DNA from: Calditrichia bacterium
GTDB lineage: Bacteria; Calditrichota; Calditrichia; JAJRVZ01
NCBI GenBank assembly: GCA_963796965.1
Contig: CAWCNS010000005.1
Coordinates: 448,001-512,000 of the forward strand
Length of the DNA: 64,000 bases
Direction of reading: 5' to 3'
A model generated the notes under the pieces. That model saw nothing but the letters and a program-made list of their open reading frames with translations, ran no database searches and was not told where the DNA came from. This document shows positions 38,162-48,525 of the stretch, one piece after another; position 1 is the stretch's first letter, and every line of letters begins with the position of its first letter. The position numbers and the translations under genes are program-made.

Positions 38162-40816
38162 TCAATTTCCCATTTTCGCCAACATTGATTTTGCTGTTTT
38201 TTGCTCTGGCTGCAAAGAGAGCACCTTTCGGTAAAGTGCTGCTGCTTTACCTCTAAAACCCTGAGCATACAAGATATTTGCTAACGATAAACTTGAAGAG
38301 ATATTATTAGGATCAATACGTACCTCCTGCTCCAGGTCTTTCGTAACCTGGGCTAACACATCAACATTATCAAATTCCGGACCTAATCTTGGAAAATCAA
38401 TAAAATATCTGGGATCAATTCGAAGTGCTTTTTTATATTCTTCTAATGCCTGATCGTATTTTTGCTGTTTTTCATAAAATTTGGCTAATACAATATGCGC
38501 CTTGGCTAATCCGGGATTAATCTGTAAAGTTTTATTATAATAATAAAGGGCACTGTCAGGTTTCCCCATCTCTTGATAAGTTAAGGCCAGATTAAAAGTA
38601 GCCTCATAGAAATTATTTCTTTCTTTTTGTGCTAAATAAAAGCGTGAGACCATTTCATTATATATACGCTCTTTTTGGCCATTATGCTTATTTTTATTCG
38701 CCTCTATCTCCTCTTTGTTTAAAAGACCGTACATTTCAAGAAATTCGTCAATATACTCATCTAATGCAGCCTGCTTATAAACGGTAATACCCAACATAAA
38801 ATTCACTTCCGGATCGTTTGGAAGCGTAAGGAGAATTTTTTCAAACTGGTTAATAGCTCCGACAAAATTATGCATCCGATAATAGCTCTCCCCTAATCGT
38901 TTTCTTGTCGGTATATGAGCAGCATCCAGATTAAGAGATTGATTGTAATTAAAAATAGCACGTCGGTAACGATTCGTAGTATAATAAACATTTCCTAGCT
39001 CATAATACCCTCTGCTATAAGTGGGTTGCAATTCTAAGGCCTGGGCAAGATATCCCAGCGCTTTTTGATATTGTTTCATTTGCAACGCACAACGTCCCGC
39101 ATAATACCAACCGCGATAATCATAGGCGCGATTGTCCCGGTAAACAATAAAATCTTCATATGCCCGATTGAATTGCTTATTCTGCAATCGGGTTAAGCCT
39201 CTTCCCAGATAGGCAAGCTCAAAGGAGGGAAATTTATCAATAATATAATCGAATTGGATCAGCGCCTCTTTGTACATTTCCAGGTTATAATAGACCGAAC
39301 CGAGGTTATAATAAGCACCCCAAAAGGCAGGATCTTCATCAATTGCAGATTTAAAATACTGAACAACGGCATCTATATCTTTATCTGATCTCCCATTTTC
39401 TATATATCCCATGCAAAAAGATTCAAAAGCCTCCATGGAATTAGTCACACGCCTTTCAAATCTTTCCATCTCTTTTCCAGTGAGAGCAACATCAGTTAAT
39501 TGAATAAATTTTTCGGCCGTGTTATCGACAACATCAAAAAATTCATCATACTTAATTTTATAATGTTCTGAAGCGATCCTTATTCCCCCAAATGCCTGGG
39601 CAATTGAAATATCAATCTCGACGAAATCACCATGCAGATAATATTCGCCTCCGAGAGTATAATCCAATGACCATTCAATTTCATTAACAAGAACAGTCGC
39701 ACTATCGCTCTCAACAAATTTGATGACGACATCTTGATCAACCAACTTATAGGCAGGGATGTTAGAGAATTTACTGGCCAGCAAATATTCAAGTCCGAAG
39801 CCAAGCCAACTTTCATGTTTGTCGCCCGATTTATTTTCAAAGGGTATGATTCCTATACTTATACTGCGTGGCATGTGTCTCACAACTGCAGGTGCTCTTA
39901 TATCATCCTTTGATAAATCCTCCACAGCCGCTGAGCCGTTGATCTGGATCTCTGGCATCATTAATCCACCCTGATCAAGAAACCAGTTCATGGTCTTGTT
40001 TGTTGTTAGAAATCTTTCCATCTGGAGATTATAAGATTGATCGACTATAAACTGACGGGTGCCTCCTCTTTCAAGTAAAAGAGTCAGCATACCTTCCTTA
40101 AAAAAAGCATCTGTCTCTCTACCTGGGTTCCAATCCACGAGTAATGTTTTAACATCTGCCGGGAGAGAATAGGTTCTCGATGTGATATATGTCTCGATAT
40201 CCGAAGAGGTGATTTCTGAACTAAACCTATCATTCTGACTTGTGATCTTTACCCCAAGAATTCCACAGATTAAACCAAGACTCTGTAGAGGTAATTTACA
40301 TTTTTGCTGGTTCCAGGAAGTTATCATACCCTGGCGGACATTCAAACTCGCCCGATAAACTGGCTGTGAGTCCTGATAAAAAAGTAAGGTCAGGTCATAT
40401 TTCTTTGGCCATTGAAGCGGTTTAACCATTCCCCAGACAACCAAACGGTTTAGGTTTGGACCAGAATTGAATCCAGATGGATTAGTACTGGAATAATCAA
40501 TATTTCCACTGCTCACTTTCTCATATTCCAGACTGTAATTAGAAATCCCAAGATCACGAAACGTTTTTTCAATAGCCGGAAATACGATAGCCCGCTCTAT
40601 TTCTTGCGATATATTTATATCACGTTCATATCCGCCATCAATGATATAAATAAAATTGACAATATTAATTTTAATTTTCGATTGTTCATCAATATCACTT
40701 TCTACAGTCTCAGAAATACCGGGACTAATAAATCCACAGAAAAAGAATACTGTTAGGAATATTATATTGAATTGATGACACCTTAAGAACCGGAGAAAAT
40801 AGTCTGACCGACTCAT
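38162..40816 (-). CDS. Exported TolB-N-like + TPR protein (884 aa)
   Basis: Hydrophobic N-terminus; GIIPFEN domain; many TPRs; paralog of 46711-48519. Confidence 0.85.
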   Translation of the reverse strand: MSRSDYFLRFLRCHQFNIIFLTVFFFCGFISPGISETVESDIDEQSKIKINIVNFIYIIDGGYERDINISQEIERAIVFPAIEKTFRDLGISNYSLEYEKVSSGNIDYSSTNPSGFNSGPNLNRLVVWGMVKPLQWPKKYDLTLLFYQDSQPVYRASLNVRQGMITSWNQQKCKLPLQSLGLICGILGVKITSQNDRFSSEITSSDIETYITSRTYSLPADVKTLLVDWNPGRETDAFFKEGMLTLLLERGGTRQFIVDQSYNLQMERFLTTNKTMNWFLDQGGLMMPEIQINGSAAVEDLSKDDIRAPAVVRHMPRSISIGIIPFENKSGDKHESWLGFGLEYLLASKFSNIPAYKLVDQDVVIKFVESDSATVLVNEIEWSLDYTLGGEYYLHGDFVEIDISIAQAFGGIRIASEHYKIKYDEFFDVVDNTAEKFIQLTDVALTGKEMERFERRVTNSMEAFESFCMGYIENGRSDKDIDAVVQYFKSAIDEDPAFWGAYYNLGSVYYNLEMYKEALIQFDYIIDKFPSFELAYLGRGLTRLQNKQFNRAYEDFIVYRDNRAYDYRGWYYAGRCALQMKQYQKALGYLAQALELQPTYSRGYYELGNVYYTTNRYRRAIFNYNQSLNLDAAHIPTRKRLGESYYRMHNFVGAINQFEKILLTLPNDPEVNFMLGITVYKQAALDEYIDEFLEMYGLLNKEEIEANKNKHNGQKERIYNEMVSRFYLAQKERNNFYEATFNLALTYQEMGKPDSALYYYNKTLQINPGLAKAHIVLAKFYEKQQKYDQALEEYKKALRIDPRYFIDFPRLGPEFDNVDVLAQVTKDLEQEVRIDPNNISSSLSLANILYAQGFRGKAAALYRKVLSLQPEQKTAKSMLAKMGN

Positions 40817-41211
40817 GTCCTCACCTCACTGTTGAGAGTTATTTGTTTGTAAATAGCTGAGCACTAAATGAAACAAGTAAATCACCGGCGGATCTCTACT
40901 TGGATCCTGAATTTTCGTTGCAAGAGTAAGAAAATGAGCATTCCGTAAATGAGTGGTCGCCGGATGATTTTGCAGCAGAAATGATTATATTTAATATAAT
41001 AATAAGTAATTTAAATTATGGACTTGTGCGCTAAAGCACTCAATCTTTAATAATTTTTGATAATTCATAACAAGAGGAAGGAGAAAAGAAGAAATCCTAA
41101 AATCCAATATCTAAATCCTAAATAATTAAAAAATCATAATTTTAAATATTAAAACATAATGTGTTTGAATATTCGAGTTTAGATATTTTATATTGTTTAG
41201 GATTTAGAAGT

Positions 41212-41282
41212 CTGCGGGACAGGGACTCGAACCCCGGCTACCTGGGCCAGAACCAGGCGTCCTACCACTAGACGATCCCGCA
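41212..41282 (-). tRNA. tRNA-Gln (CTG)
   Basis: TGCGGGATCGTCTAGTGGTAGGACGCCTGGTTCTGGCCCAGGTAGCCGGGGTTCGAGTCCCTGTCCCGCAG; anticodon loop TTCTGGC; U1-A72 pair. Confidence 0.93.
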
Positions 41283-41290
41283 ATGAATTA

Positions 41291-41319
41291 AAATTAATTA
41301 TTTACCCAACCAAAATCAA
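41291..41319 (-). promoter_or_regulatory. Putative sigma70-like promoter of tRNA-Gln, TTGATT-N17-TAATTT
   Basis: 17-nt spacing; 8 nt upstream of the tRNA 5' end. Confidence 0.55.
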
Positions 41320-42130
41320 TATTCAATCTTCAATTTTTTCCGATTAAAACGCCTCTATCCCCCGTAGAACGGGGTCTCCAAGACCCGTAAAATGGGCTCT
41401 CCGACTATCGGCATATCGGGATCAAATCCCAATCCAAAATCTCATATCTCGTATCCCGTATCCCGTATCACATACCCCAGATCAAATCCCAATGCCAAAA
41501 TCTAAATTCCAAATCAATGACAAATTCCCAATCCCAAACCTCATATCCGGTATCTCATATCTCGTATCCCGAATCCCATATCACGCATCACGCATCACGC
41601 ATCCCGAATCCCGTATCCCGTATCACGTACCCCAGATCAAATCCCAATGCCAAAATCTAAATTCCAAATCAATGACAAATTCCCAATCCCAAACCTCATA
41701 TCCGGTATCTCATATCTCGTATCCCGAATCCCATATCACGCATCACGCATCACCGCATCCCGAATCCCGTATCCCGTATCACCGTATCACGTACCCCAGA
41801 TCAAATCCCAATGCCAAAATCTAAATTCCAAATCAATGACAAATTCCCAATCCCAAACCTCATATCCGGTATCTCATATCTCGTATCCCGAATCCCATAT
41901 CACGCATCACGCATCACGCATCCCGAATCCCGTATCCCATATCACGTACCCCAGATCAAATCCCAATGCCAAAATCTAAATTCCAAATCAATGACAAATT
42001 CCCAATCCCAAACCTCATATCCGGTATCTCATATCTCGTATCCCGAATCCCATATCACGCATCACGCATCCCGAATCCCGATCCCTATCCCGATCCTATC
42101 CCCATCCCGCATCTCATATCTCATATCCCC
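41314..42130. repeat. Dispersed element head plus about 4 tandem 155-164 bp units built from degenerate heptamers
   Basis: Units start cagatcaaatcccaatgcc at 41478, 41633, 41797 and 41952 (periods 155/164/155); the head at 41314-41430 matches 14290-14388 in reverse complement. Confidence 0.9.
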
Positions 42131-42132
42131 CA

Positions 42133-45100
42133 TCACCGTAATATCACTAACTTCTCAATTACCTCTTTCTGCTCAGTCTCATTCTTTACGATTAATTTAT
42201 ACAGATAAACCCCATTGGCCATAATATCACCATCATCATCACGTCCATCCCAGGGATAGTGGTTAAAACCATCTACCGGGGGTGGAATACTTTTCATTGA
42301 CCGGACCAGACGCCCTGTAACAGTGAATATCTTAATTGTAACTTCCGTATCTAAAGCAGAGCCGAGTAACTGAAAAGTAAAACTTGTCTCATCGCTAAAG
42401 GGGTTGGGATAATTTACCACATTCTCCAGGACAAGACCTTCTTCTTCGACAACGGTGAAGGCGATCTCCTCCTTGGTAGGATTATTAAGATTGTCCCAGG
42501 CTTCAAGTTTTAAATAATGATCCCCCGGAACCAGATCATCAAGATAATAAGAAAGTTTTCCATCGGAGTAGCTATTTCTCTCATAAGCAAAAAAGGAGGT
42601 TATATCCAATGGAGGATTATCATCAATTGTAATCTCGATTTTATGTCCAACTTCCTGGGTTAAATTTATACCATTCTCATCGGAAATAAGAGCGGTTAAC
42701 AACGTATTTTCCTTTACCATATCACCATCGCGGAAATCTTCCTGCTCATCAAAATAGATAGTAACCTCCGGACCATCCGCATCTGACAGATTATCGTTAC
42801 TACCAATAAATAAAAGGGTATCAACGTAACCCATTGCACTTCCGATCCCCTCTTCATTCCAGGCAAATATGGTTGCCCGACCGGTCGATTTCGGGTGATA
42901 TCGGATTGACTTCGGGACAATAAATTCACCTGTAAAAGATCCATTATCAACCGAAATCTCACCTTTAAATATTCTGGGACCAAACAGTGTATAGTCATAG
43001 GGACCTCCCGTATTGACAGAATCATAACGGGCATCGTTAACAATCAGATAGGCACCGCCGCTGAAGTCTTCACTCTTTTCCGTGACACCTTCATCTGAGA
43101 CAACCCCACTTATTGTAACTTTACTCAAAGCTTTCAGGGTATCCGGTGCAATATCTGTCACCTCAATGAAACCTCTTGGATCAGCCAGATGCATGGTCGG
43201 GTCACCAAACAAATGATATTTTTGGTCGTTGTCATTACTTTGCATGGATAGAATGAGGGCATCTCCAAGTCGACGACTTGCTACCCCGGTGGGGAATAAA
43301 TAGGTCAGTACCCTTTGATTAAATCTGATATTAGATCCGGCGTAAACCAGCCTGGAAGAAGATATCACTGCAATCGCTCCCCTATCTTCCTCCCAAACCA
43401 ATGCTTCAGAGAAACTGGGATCATGGGGATCGTCATACTTACCAAAATCACAGGTGGCAGCAATCCATAACGGCAGTCTTCCTTCATTCTGGATACGGGG
43501 CAAGTCTCTTGTCATATCGAGGGCGGATTCATGGGCCCAGGCGGTAGGCGATCCATGACCAGCATAATTAATTATCAATGTCCCCTCATTTAATTGATCA
43601 ATAATTGCCTGGTTCGCTTTGGGTTTCACCCAGCCAAAACCACCCGGCACACGCTCATAGGCTGTTAAATATATTTTTTTCTGGATAAATTTTTTCGATC
43701 CCGGGACAGTTGTTAAATATATTTCAGTATCCCTCTGGTGAAACCACTCAGAATCTGATGTATTGGTCGTATTATCATCGGCAACGAAGGTCAGCGTTGT
43801 CTGCCAACCATCTTTCAGTTTATTGCCAGAATAGGACTTTAATTTGTCTACCATTCGTCTGGCATCTTGGTTTGACTCAACGGGCATTCGCCCTATGGCT
43901 AAGTCGGGCTGAATCGATGCGAAGGAATTCGAAGAGAAATTGACATCCACATAGAAATTATCGCTCTCCCGGCTATTAACTTCACGTGCTCCTTCAATTT
44001 CAAAGGGAGGTACACGATTGCTGTCTGAAAGGGCAATATTTCTATAATCATAATGACCATCACCAAATAACAGCACATAGGCGGGTTTTGGAGAGGACCA
44101 GTTATAATAGGCGTAACGGATAAAATTCCGTATCGCTACCACATCTCTCACCCCACTGCCAAAATAGAAAAAGATATCATTGAGATCAACAACCTTTCCC
44201 CGGATCGGATCGGCTTCGTTTGCTCGCAGGGTTACAATTTCCTCCGCATAGGATCTATAAGAAGGATCCGTAATAATCAACAAATCTGCTGACTGCATGG
44301 GATCCATCAGGTTATCTGATGGCTGGTAGGCAATAAGAGAAGAGACATTATTTATTGCAGGTGATGAAGCTGATGTTGCAATCAACCGTCGTGGCTTGTT
44401 ATCGCTAAGATCAAGATTAAACGCATATTCACTGCCTTGAACGGCAGAATTCGTCTCAAGCAAGTTCACATTCACGGGATCAGTAATATCAAACAGTAAT
44501 GCTTCCGGGCTTGTAAATCCGTTTATCGTATAACTGAGAACCTGCCCCCGGGTATTGGTATAAAAAATTAACTGATTGTCCTTCGCCTTAAAATCACGGG
44601 GATAGTAAAACTCCACCCAGTCAAGATAGGCATTACAGTTATCATAGTTGCCAATATATTCCATATAGAGGGAATTTAATCCTTCCTGCAGATAATCTGT
44701 TGAAATAAAACTTTGCTGTTCGGTTTTTGAATTCCATCTTGAAAAGTTTAGATTTGAAATTATTGGAGCAGTTGCTTTATTAGGATTGATCCAGGTACTT
44801 ACGACATATTGATAATTGTCATCATCTCTGTATTTAAGACCTGACCCGCCCTTAAATCGAATAATCATTTCTGACTGATGGGGAATCTGGCTTATATTGT
44901 TTATCGTATAATCCAGAGAGACCGTATGAGATTTACCATAAAAGCGATAACCGTACCAGTCGGGTCCGGAGGCCATCAGGTTATACTTATCCTCTTCAAA
45001 GTGAACCTTTTCCATAAAATAGGTATCACTTATACCCACACCGGTAACAGGTGTGGTCTGAACTGCCATCCGCTTGCCCGTAGACTGGCCATAAGTAAAC

Positions 45101-46191
45101 CAATAATAATTTTTTGTATCATAGGGATGCTGAGAGAAGACAAATTTATTGGCTGTCTCAGAGTAATACCAACCACCTGCGCCGGTACCATAAAATAGAA
45201 TATAATCTTCACTATCAAAACGGCTATCTTCTTCGCCTTTAATATAGATAGCTGTCTCTACAGGTCCTTCCGGCTGCTCCAGGAGACTGGTTGTATTTGG
45301 ATTCAGTGGTTTTCCGCCATGGCTATAAATTTTGAAAGTCCGTGGATCAATATTATCGACATCAATACCAGCAGCAGCAAGTGTTGCTCTGCTGATCTTA
45401 TATAAGCCATCTGTGTTTATTTCCATTTTATACCAGGGACCTGAAAAAGAGGCGCTTATTTTGCGTAATCCTTTCACATGCCCGACCAACCAGTTCCGCG
45501 CCTGCTCAAAATTGATCACCATCTCTTCATATAGATTGTCGATCTTTGATTGAGCCACATAAGAGGCCCCATTTTTGTTTCCACCAGAAATCTTAAAAGT
45601 GATAGTAGCGGACTTAATTATTTTCAGGTTCCTGGCAAGTGGATCATAACTTATGGGATAGAAATTTATATTTACAAGCGGCATATCACGGAAATAGACC
45701 TGTTCAGATATTTCTATGAGAGGTTTTTCCACAAGTTTTTGCTGACTTTTCCCGGAAGGTTGTGACATAATGGTAATACCGTGTTTGTCTTTTCCAGGGA
45801 GCGCAGTAAACGGTAAGTTAATATTCTCTTTTGACTCATAAATAATATCAGACATTTCATAGGTAACCTGGGCGTTCTCGGGAATACCGATAGAAAATCT
45901 TTTAATGGGTAGCTGATAGTTTCCCTCAAAATCTGCGTAGTCACACTGGTCAAAAGAAAGGTGAAAGTTGTTTTGGTCCTCTTCACCAGATGGATCAATA
46001 GCAATTTCAGGTATTTGCCACTCGATCTGCAGTATATTCTGATTTTGCTTAATAATCTTTAGGGGGATTAATTGGGCAGGAGAACCTTTATCGGTAAAAT
46101 TAGAACTGAGTGAAAAAAATGCCACGGCTGCTATCATTAGTAGGCGCTTAAGCATAGATAATCTCCATTGAATCGAAAAGAGTTTCAACAT
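42133..46191 (-). CDS. porU: Type IX secretion system sortase PorU (peptidase C25); likely start at MLKRLL (about 46155)
   Basis: WYKMEINTDGLYKI, YILFYG, YVLLFGDGHYD, IGRMP, YAGHGS (His), AATCDFG (Cys), LFGDP, AWDNLNN, C-terminal NYPNPF...ANGVYLY. Confidence 0.9.
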   Translation of the reverse strand: MLKLFSIQWRLSMLKRLLMIAAVAFFSLSSNFTDKGSPAQLIPLKIIKQNQNILQIEWQIPEIAIDPSGEEDQNNFHLSFDQCDYADFEGNYQLPIKRFSIGIPENAQVTYEMSDIIYESKENINLPFTALPGKDKHGITIMSQPSGKSQQKLVEKPLIEISEQVYFRDMPLVNINFYPISYDPLARNLKIIKSATITFKISGGNKNGASYVAQSKIDNLYEEMVINFEQARNWLVGHVKGLRKISASFSGPWYKMEINTDGLYKISRATLAAAGIDVDNIDPRTFKIYSHGGKPLNPNTTSLLEQPEGPVETAIYIKGEEDSRFDSEDYILFYGTGAGGWYYSETANKFVFSQHPYDTKNYYWFTYGQSTGKRMAVQTTPVTGVGISDTYFMEKVHFEEDKYNLMASGPDWYGYRFYGKSHTVSLDYTINNISQIPHQSEMIIRFKGGSGLKYRDDDNYQYVVSTWINPNKATAPIISNLNFSRWNSKTEQQSFISTDYLQEGLNSLYMEYIGNYDNCNAYLDWVEFYYPRDFKAKDNQLIFYTNTRGQVLSYTINGFTSPEALLFDITDPVNVNLLETNSAVQGSEYAFNLDLSDNKPRRLIATSASSPAINNVSSLIAYQPSDNLMDPMQSADLLIITDPSYRSYAEEIVTLRANEADPIRGKVVDLNDIFFYFGSGVRDVVAIRNFIRYAYYNWSSPKPAYVLLFGDGHYDYRNIALSDSNRVPPFEIEGAREVNSRESDNFYVDVNFSSNSFASIQPDLAIGRMPVESNQDARRMVDKLKSYSGNKLKDGWQTTLTFVADDNTTNTSDSEWFHQRDTEIYLTTVPGSKKFIQKKIYLTAYERVPGGFGWVKPKANQAIIDQLNEGTLIINYAGHGSPTAWAHESALDMTRDLPRIQNEGRLPLWIAATCDFGKYDDPHDPSFSEALVWEEDRGAIAVISSSRLVYAGSNIRFNQRVLTYLFPTGVASRRLGDALILSMQSNDNDQKYHLFGDPTMHLADPRGFIEVTDIAPDTLKALSKVTISGVVSDEGVTEKSEDFSGGAYLIVNDARYDSVNTGGPYDYTLFGPRIFKGEISVDNGSFTGEFIVPKSIRYHPKSTGRATIFAWNEEGIGSAMGYVDTLLFIGSNDNLSDADGPEVTIYFDEQEDFRDGDMVKENTLLTALISDENGINLTQEVGHKIEITIDDNPPLDITSFFAYERNSYSDGKLSYYLDDLVPGDHYLKLEAWDNLNNPTKEEIAFTVVEEEGLVLENVVNYPNPFSDETSFTFQLLGSALDTEVTIKIFTVTGRLVRSMKSIPPPVDGFNHYPWDGRDDDGDIMANGVYLYKLIVKNETEQKEVIEKLVILR

Positions 46192-46710
46192 TTAGCCGTA
46201 CCAAATTTCAGCAGCAGGCCTCCTTGATTATTTAACGTTACGAAATTTAGTATCAAATGGCACTTCAAGCAAATATCGACTGTAATTACATTTACGTCTT
46301 TAACGGTTCTTTTTAAATCTAGGTTCCATAAAAACCGGGGTTTATTTTTCCGAACAATGTGACCTGGTCCGAAAAAATTCAAATCTCTAATATAGGGGAA
46401 AAAGAATATTATTTAATAATCTTAAACGGATCAACCATCCTGGTTACTGAAATATATACTTATTATCCGAGATTATGAGCTATAGTTCAATTTCTCTGAA
46501 TAATACTTCAATTTATGTGTGCAATTCATCAGAAATAAAAAAGAAGAAATTTCCTGTCTTTTGGTTGAGTTTTAGAATTTAGGGTCGACTACTTAGTTAT
46601 ATTTTATCCGATCTCCGATAGAATTAAGGAGGTTAGTTAAAATGACTTGAATAGATTCATTATGCTAATTAAATTGGAAGTTACCGCATGACAAAAAAGG
46701 GCTCTATTTA

Positions 46711-48519
46711 ATGCTTCGGTGCATAAAATTAATATTCCTTATATTAGTCTTTGCTTTTCTGATCAAACCGACTTATGCCCAGGATAAGAGAGGGATTGGT
46801 ATTTTTCCTTTTGACAACCTGAGTAAGCAGGAGAAGTACGATTGGATTAGTTTTGGTATCAATTATCTTTTATCAAACAAACTCTCAAACATCGCTTCCT
46901 ATTATGTTCCTGAGCAAAATATAATCCTTAAAGCCATGCGTGATGCCGGATATCCAAAGGAAAAGGTAAATGGTGAGATGGTTTATCATGTGGGAAAATC
47001 CTCAGGGATAAACATTGGTATTATTGGTACCTATCACACCAATGGAAGTACCATTGAAGTAACGGTAAATTTCATGAATGCCTTTAATGGTGCCTCCATA
47101 TTCTCGAAAACGTACAACAACAAATTTGATGAAATATTTATAATTGCTGATGATATTACTAAAAACCTGATCGATCTTTCCACCGTCTCCCTAAACCAAA
47201 ATGAGCAGAATATCATCAACCGCCAAATCACAACTTCTGCCAAAGCTTTTCAGAATTTCTGTTTAGGATATATTGAGAATGAGAAACCCAACCGTCAGAG
47301 AGAAGTGGTAATTGGTCTCTTTCGCAATGCATTACGAGATGATCCTAACTTCTGGGAAGCATCTTATAATTTGGGTATTGCCTATTTTAATGATCAGGAT
47401 TATACAAAGGCTTTACAGCAATTTGACAAAATCATCGCTGCACTTCCCGGATTTGAGAAGCCCTATTACGGACGTGCATTAATTTTGTACCGTAAAAAAG
47501 AATACGCAAAAGCCAAGTCTGACTTCGAAAAAGTCATAAAATTTAATCCAAATGATTATAAGCCATACTATTATCTTGGTAAAATTAGCATCAATCTTAA
47601 ACAATATAATGATGCTCAAAAATACTTAAAAAAAGCGGCTGAAATAAACCCTGACTTTAGTAAAATCTATGTTGAATTGGGCAACATATCTTTCGATCAA
47701 AAAAAATATCGGGGTGCGATACCTCAATATCGAAAAGCACTTGAACTGGATCCGGAAGATATAGGTGCATTACAAAAGCAGGGTGAATCCTATTACCGTA
47801 CACAGGTTTATTACAGTGCTTATTCACAATTCCAAAAAATTCTTGATCTCGATCCTAACAATGCCGCCGCGAGTTTTATGCTTGGCATCACTTCCTATAA
47901 GCAGGCCGTCCTTAGTGAATTGATCGAAGCATTTCTTGAGTTATTTGATGCCAATATTGCAGAGGAAAATAAAAATAGAAAAAAACTAGCCGGAACCCGA
48001 AAAGAAAGACAGGAAGTATACAGGGAGATGATATCAGCCTTTGGACGGGCTGAAAAAGCAAGAAAAGGATTTCTGGAAGCCACTTTCAACCTGGCCCTTA
48101 CCTACAATGATATGGGTTTGCTTGATAGTGCTGAAATCTACTATCTAAAATCGATACAGATAAAGCCTGATCTTGTAAGAGCGCATGTTAAATTAGTGAA
48201 AGTTTATGATGAGCAAAAGAAAAAAGAAAATGCATTGGCTGAGTATAAGAAGGTACTCTCAATCGATCCCGGATATTTTATTGCTCATCCAACCCTGGGG
48301 CCCGAACATAGTTATATTAATATTATAGATGTAACACTTAAAGAAATGAACCAAAAGATTGAAGATAATCCCAATGACTTGCAAGCCAACCAAATGATGG
48401 CTAAAATATTTTATGCCCAGGGATTCCATGGAAAAGCAGCCAATATATACCGAAAGATCCTTAAAATCAGCCCAAATGATGCAGAGGCTAAATCGATGCT
48501 GGCTAAATTGGAGAAATGA
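46711..48519 (+). CDS. Exported TolB-N-like + TPR protein (602 aa)
   Basis: Signal peptide (TYA-Q); GIFPFDN domain; TPRs; paralog of 38162-40816. Confidence 0.85.
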   Translation: MLRCIKLIFLILVFAFLIKPTYAQDKRGIGIFPFDNLSKQEKYDWISFGINYLLSNKLSNIASYYVPEQNIILKAMRDAGYPKEKVNGEMVYHVGKSSGINIGIIGTYHTNGSTIEVTVNFMNAFNGASIFSKTYNNKFDEIFIIADDITKNLIDLSTVSLNQNEQNIINRQITTSAKAFQNFCLGYIENEKPNRQREVVIGLFRNALRDDPNFWEASYNLGIAYFNDQDYTKALQQFDKIIAALPGFEKPYYGRALILYRKKEYAKAKSDFEKVIKFNPNDYKPYYYLGKISINLKQYNDAQKYLKKAAEINPDFSKIYVELGNISFDQKKYRGAIPQYRKALELDPEDIGALQKQGESYYRTQVYYSAYSQFQKILDLDPNNAAASFMLGITSYKQAVLSELIEAFLELFDANIAEENKNRKKLAGTRKERQEVYREMISAFGRAEKARKGFLEATFNLALTYNDMGLLDSAEIYYLKSIQIKPDLVRAHVKLVKVYDEQKKKENALAEYKKVLSIDPGYFIAHPTLGPEHSYINIIDVTLKEMNQKIEDNPNDLQANQMMAKIFYAQGFHGKAANIYRKILKISPNDAEAKSMLAKLEK

Positions 48520-48525
48520 TAATTT

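Noticed and set aside
41478..42080. CRISPR array
   Set aside because: Units are near-identical over their full length, with no unique spacers; no cas genes in the window.
41492..42224. Four ORFs starting MPKSKFQINDK
   Set aside because: Translations of the tandem repeat; the frame changes with unit length, there is no RBS, and the last two overlap porU antisense.
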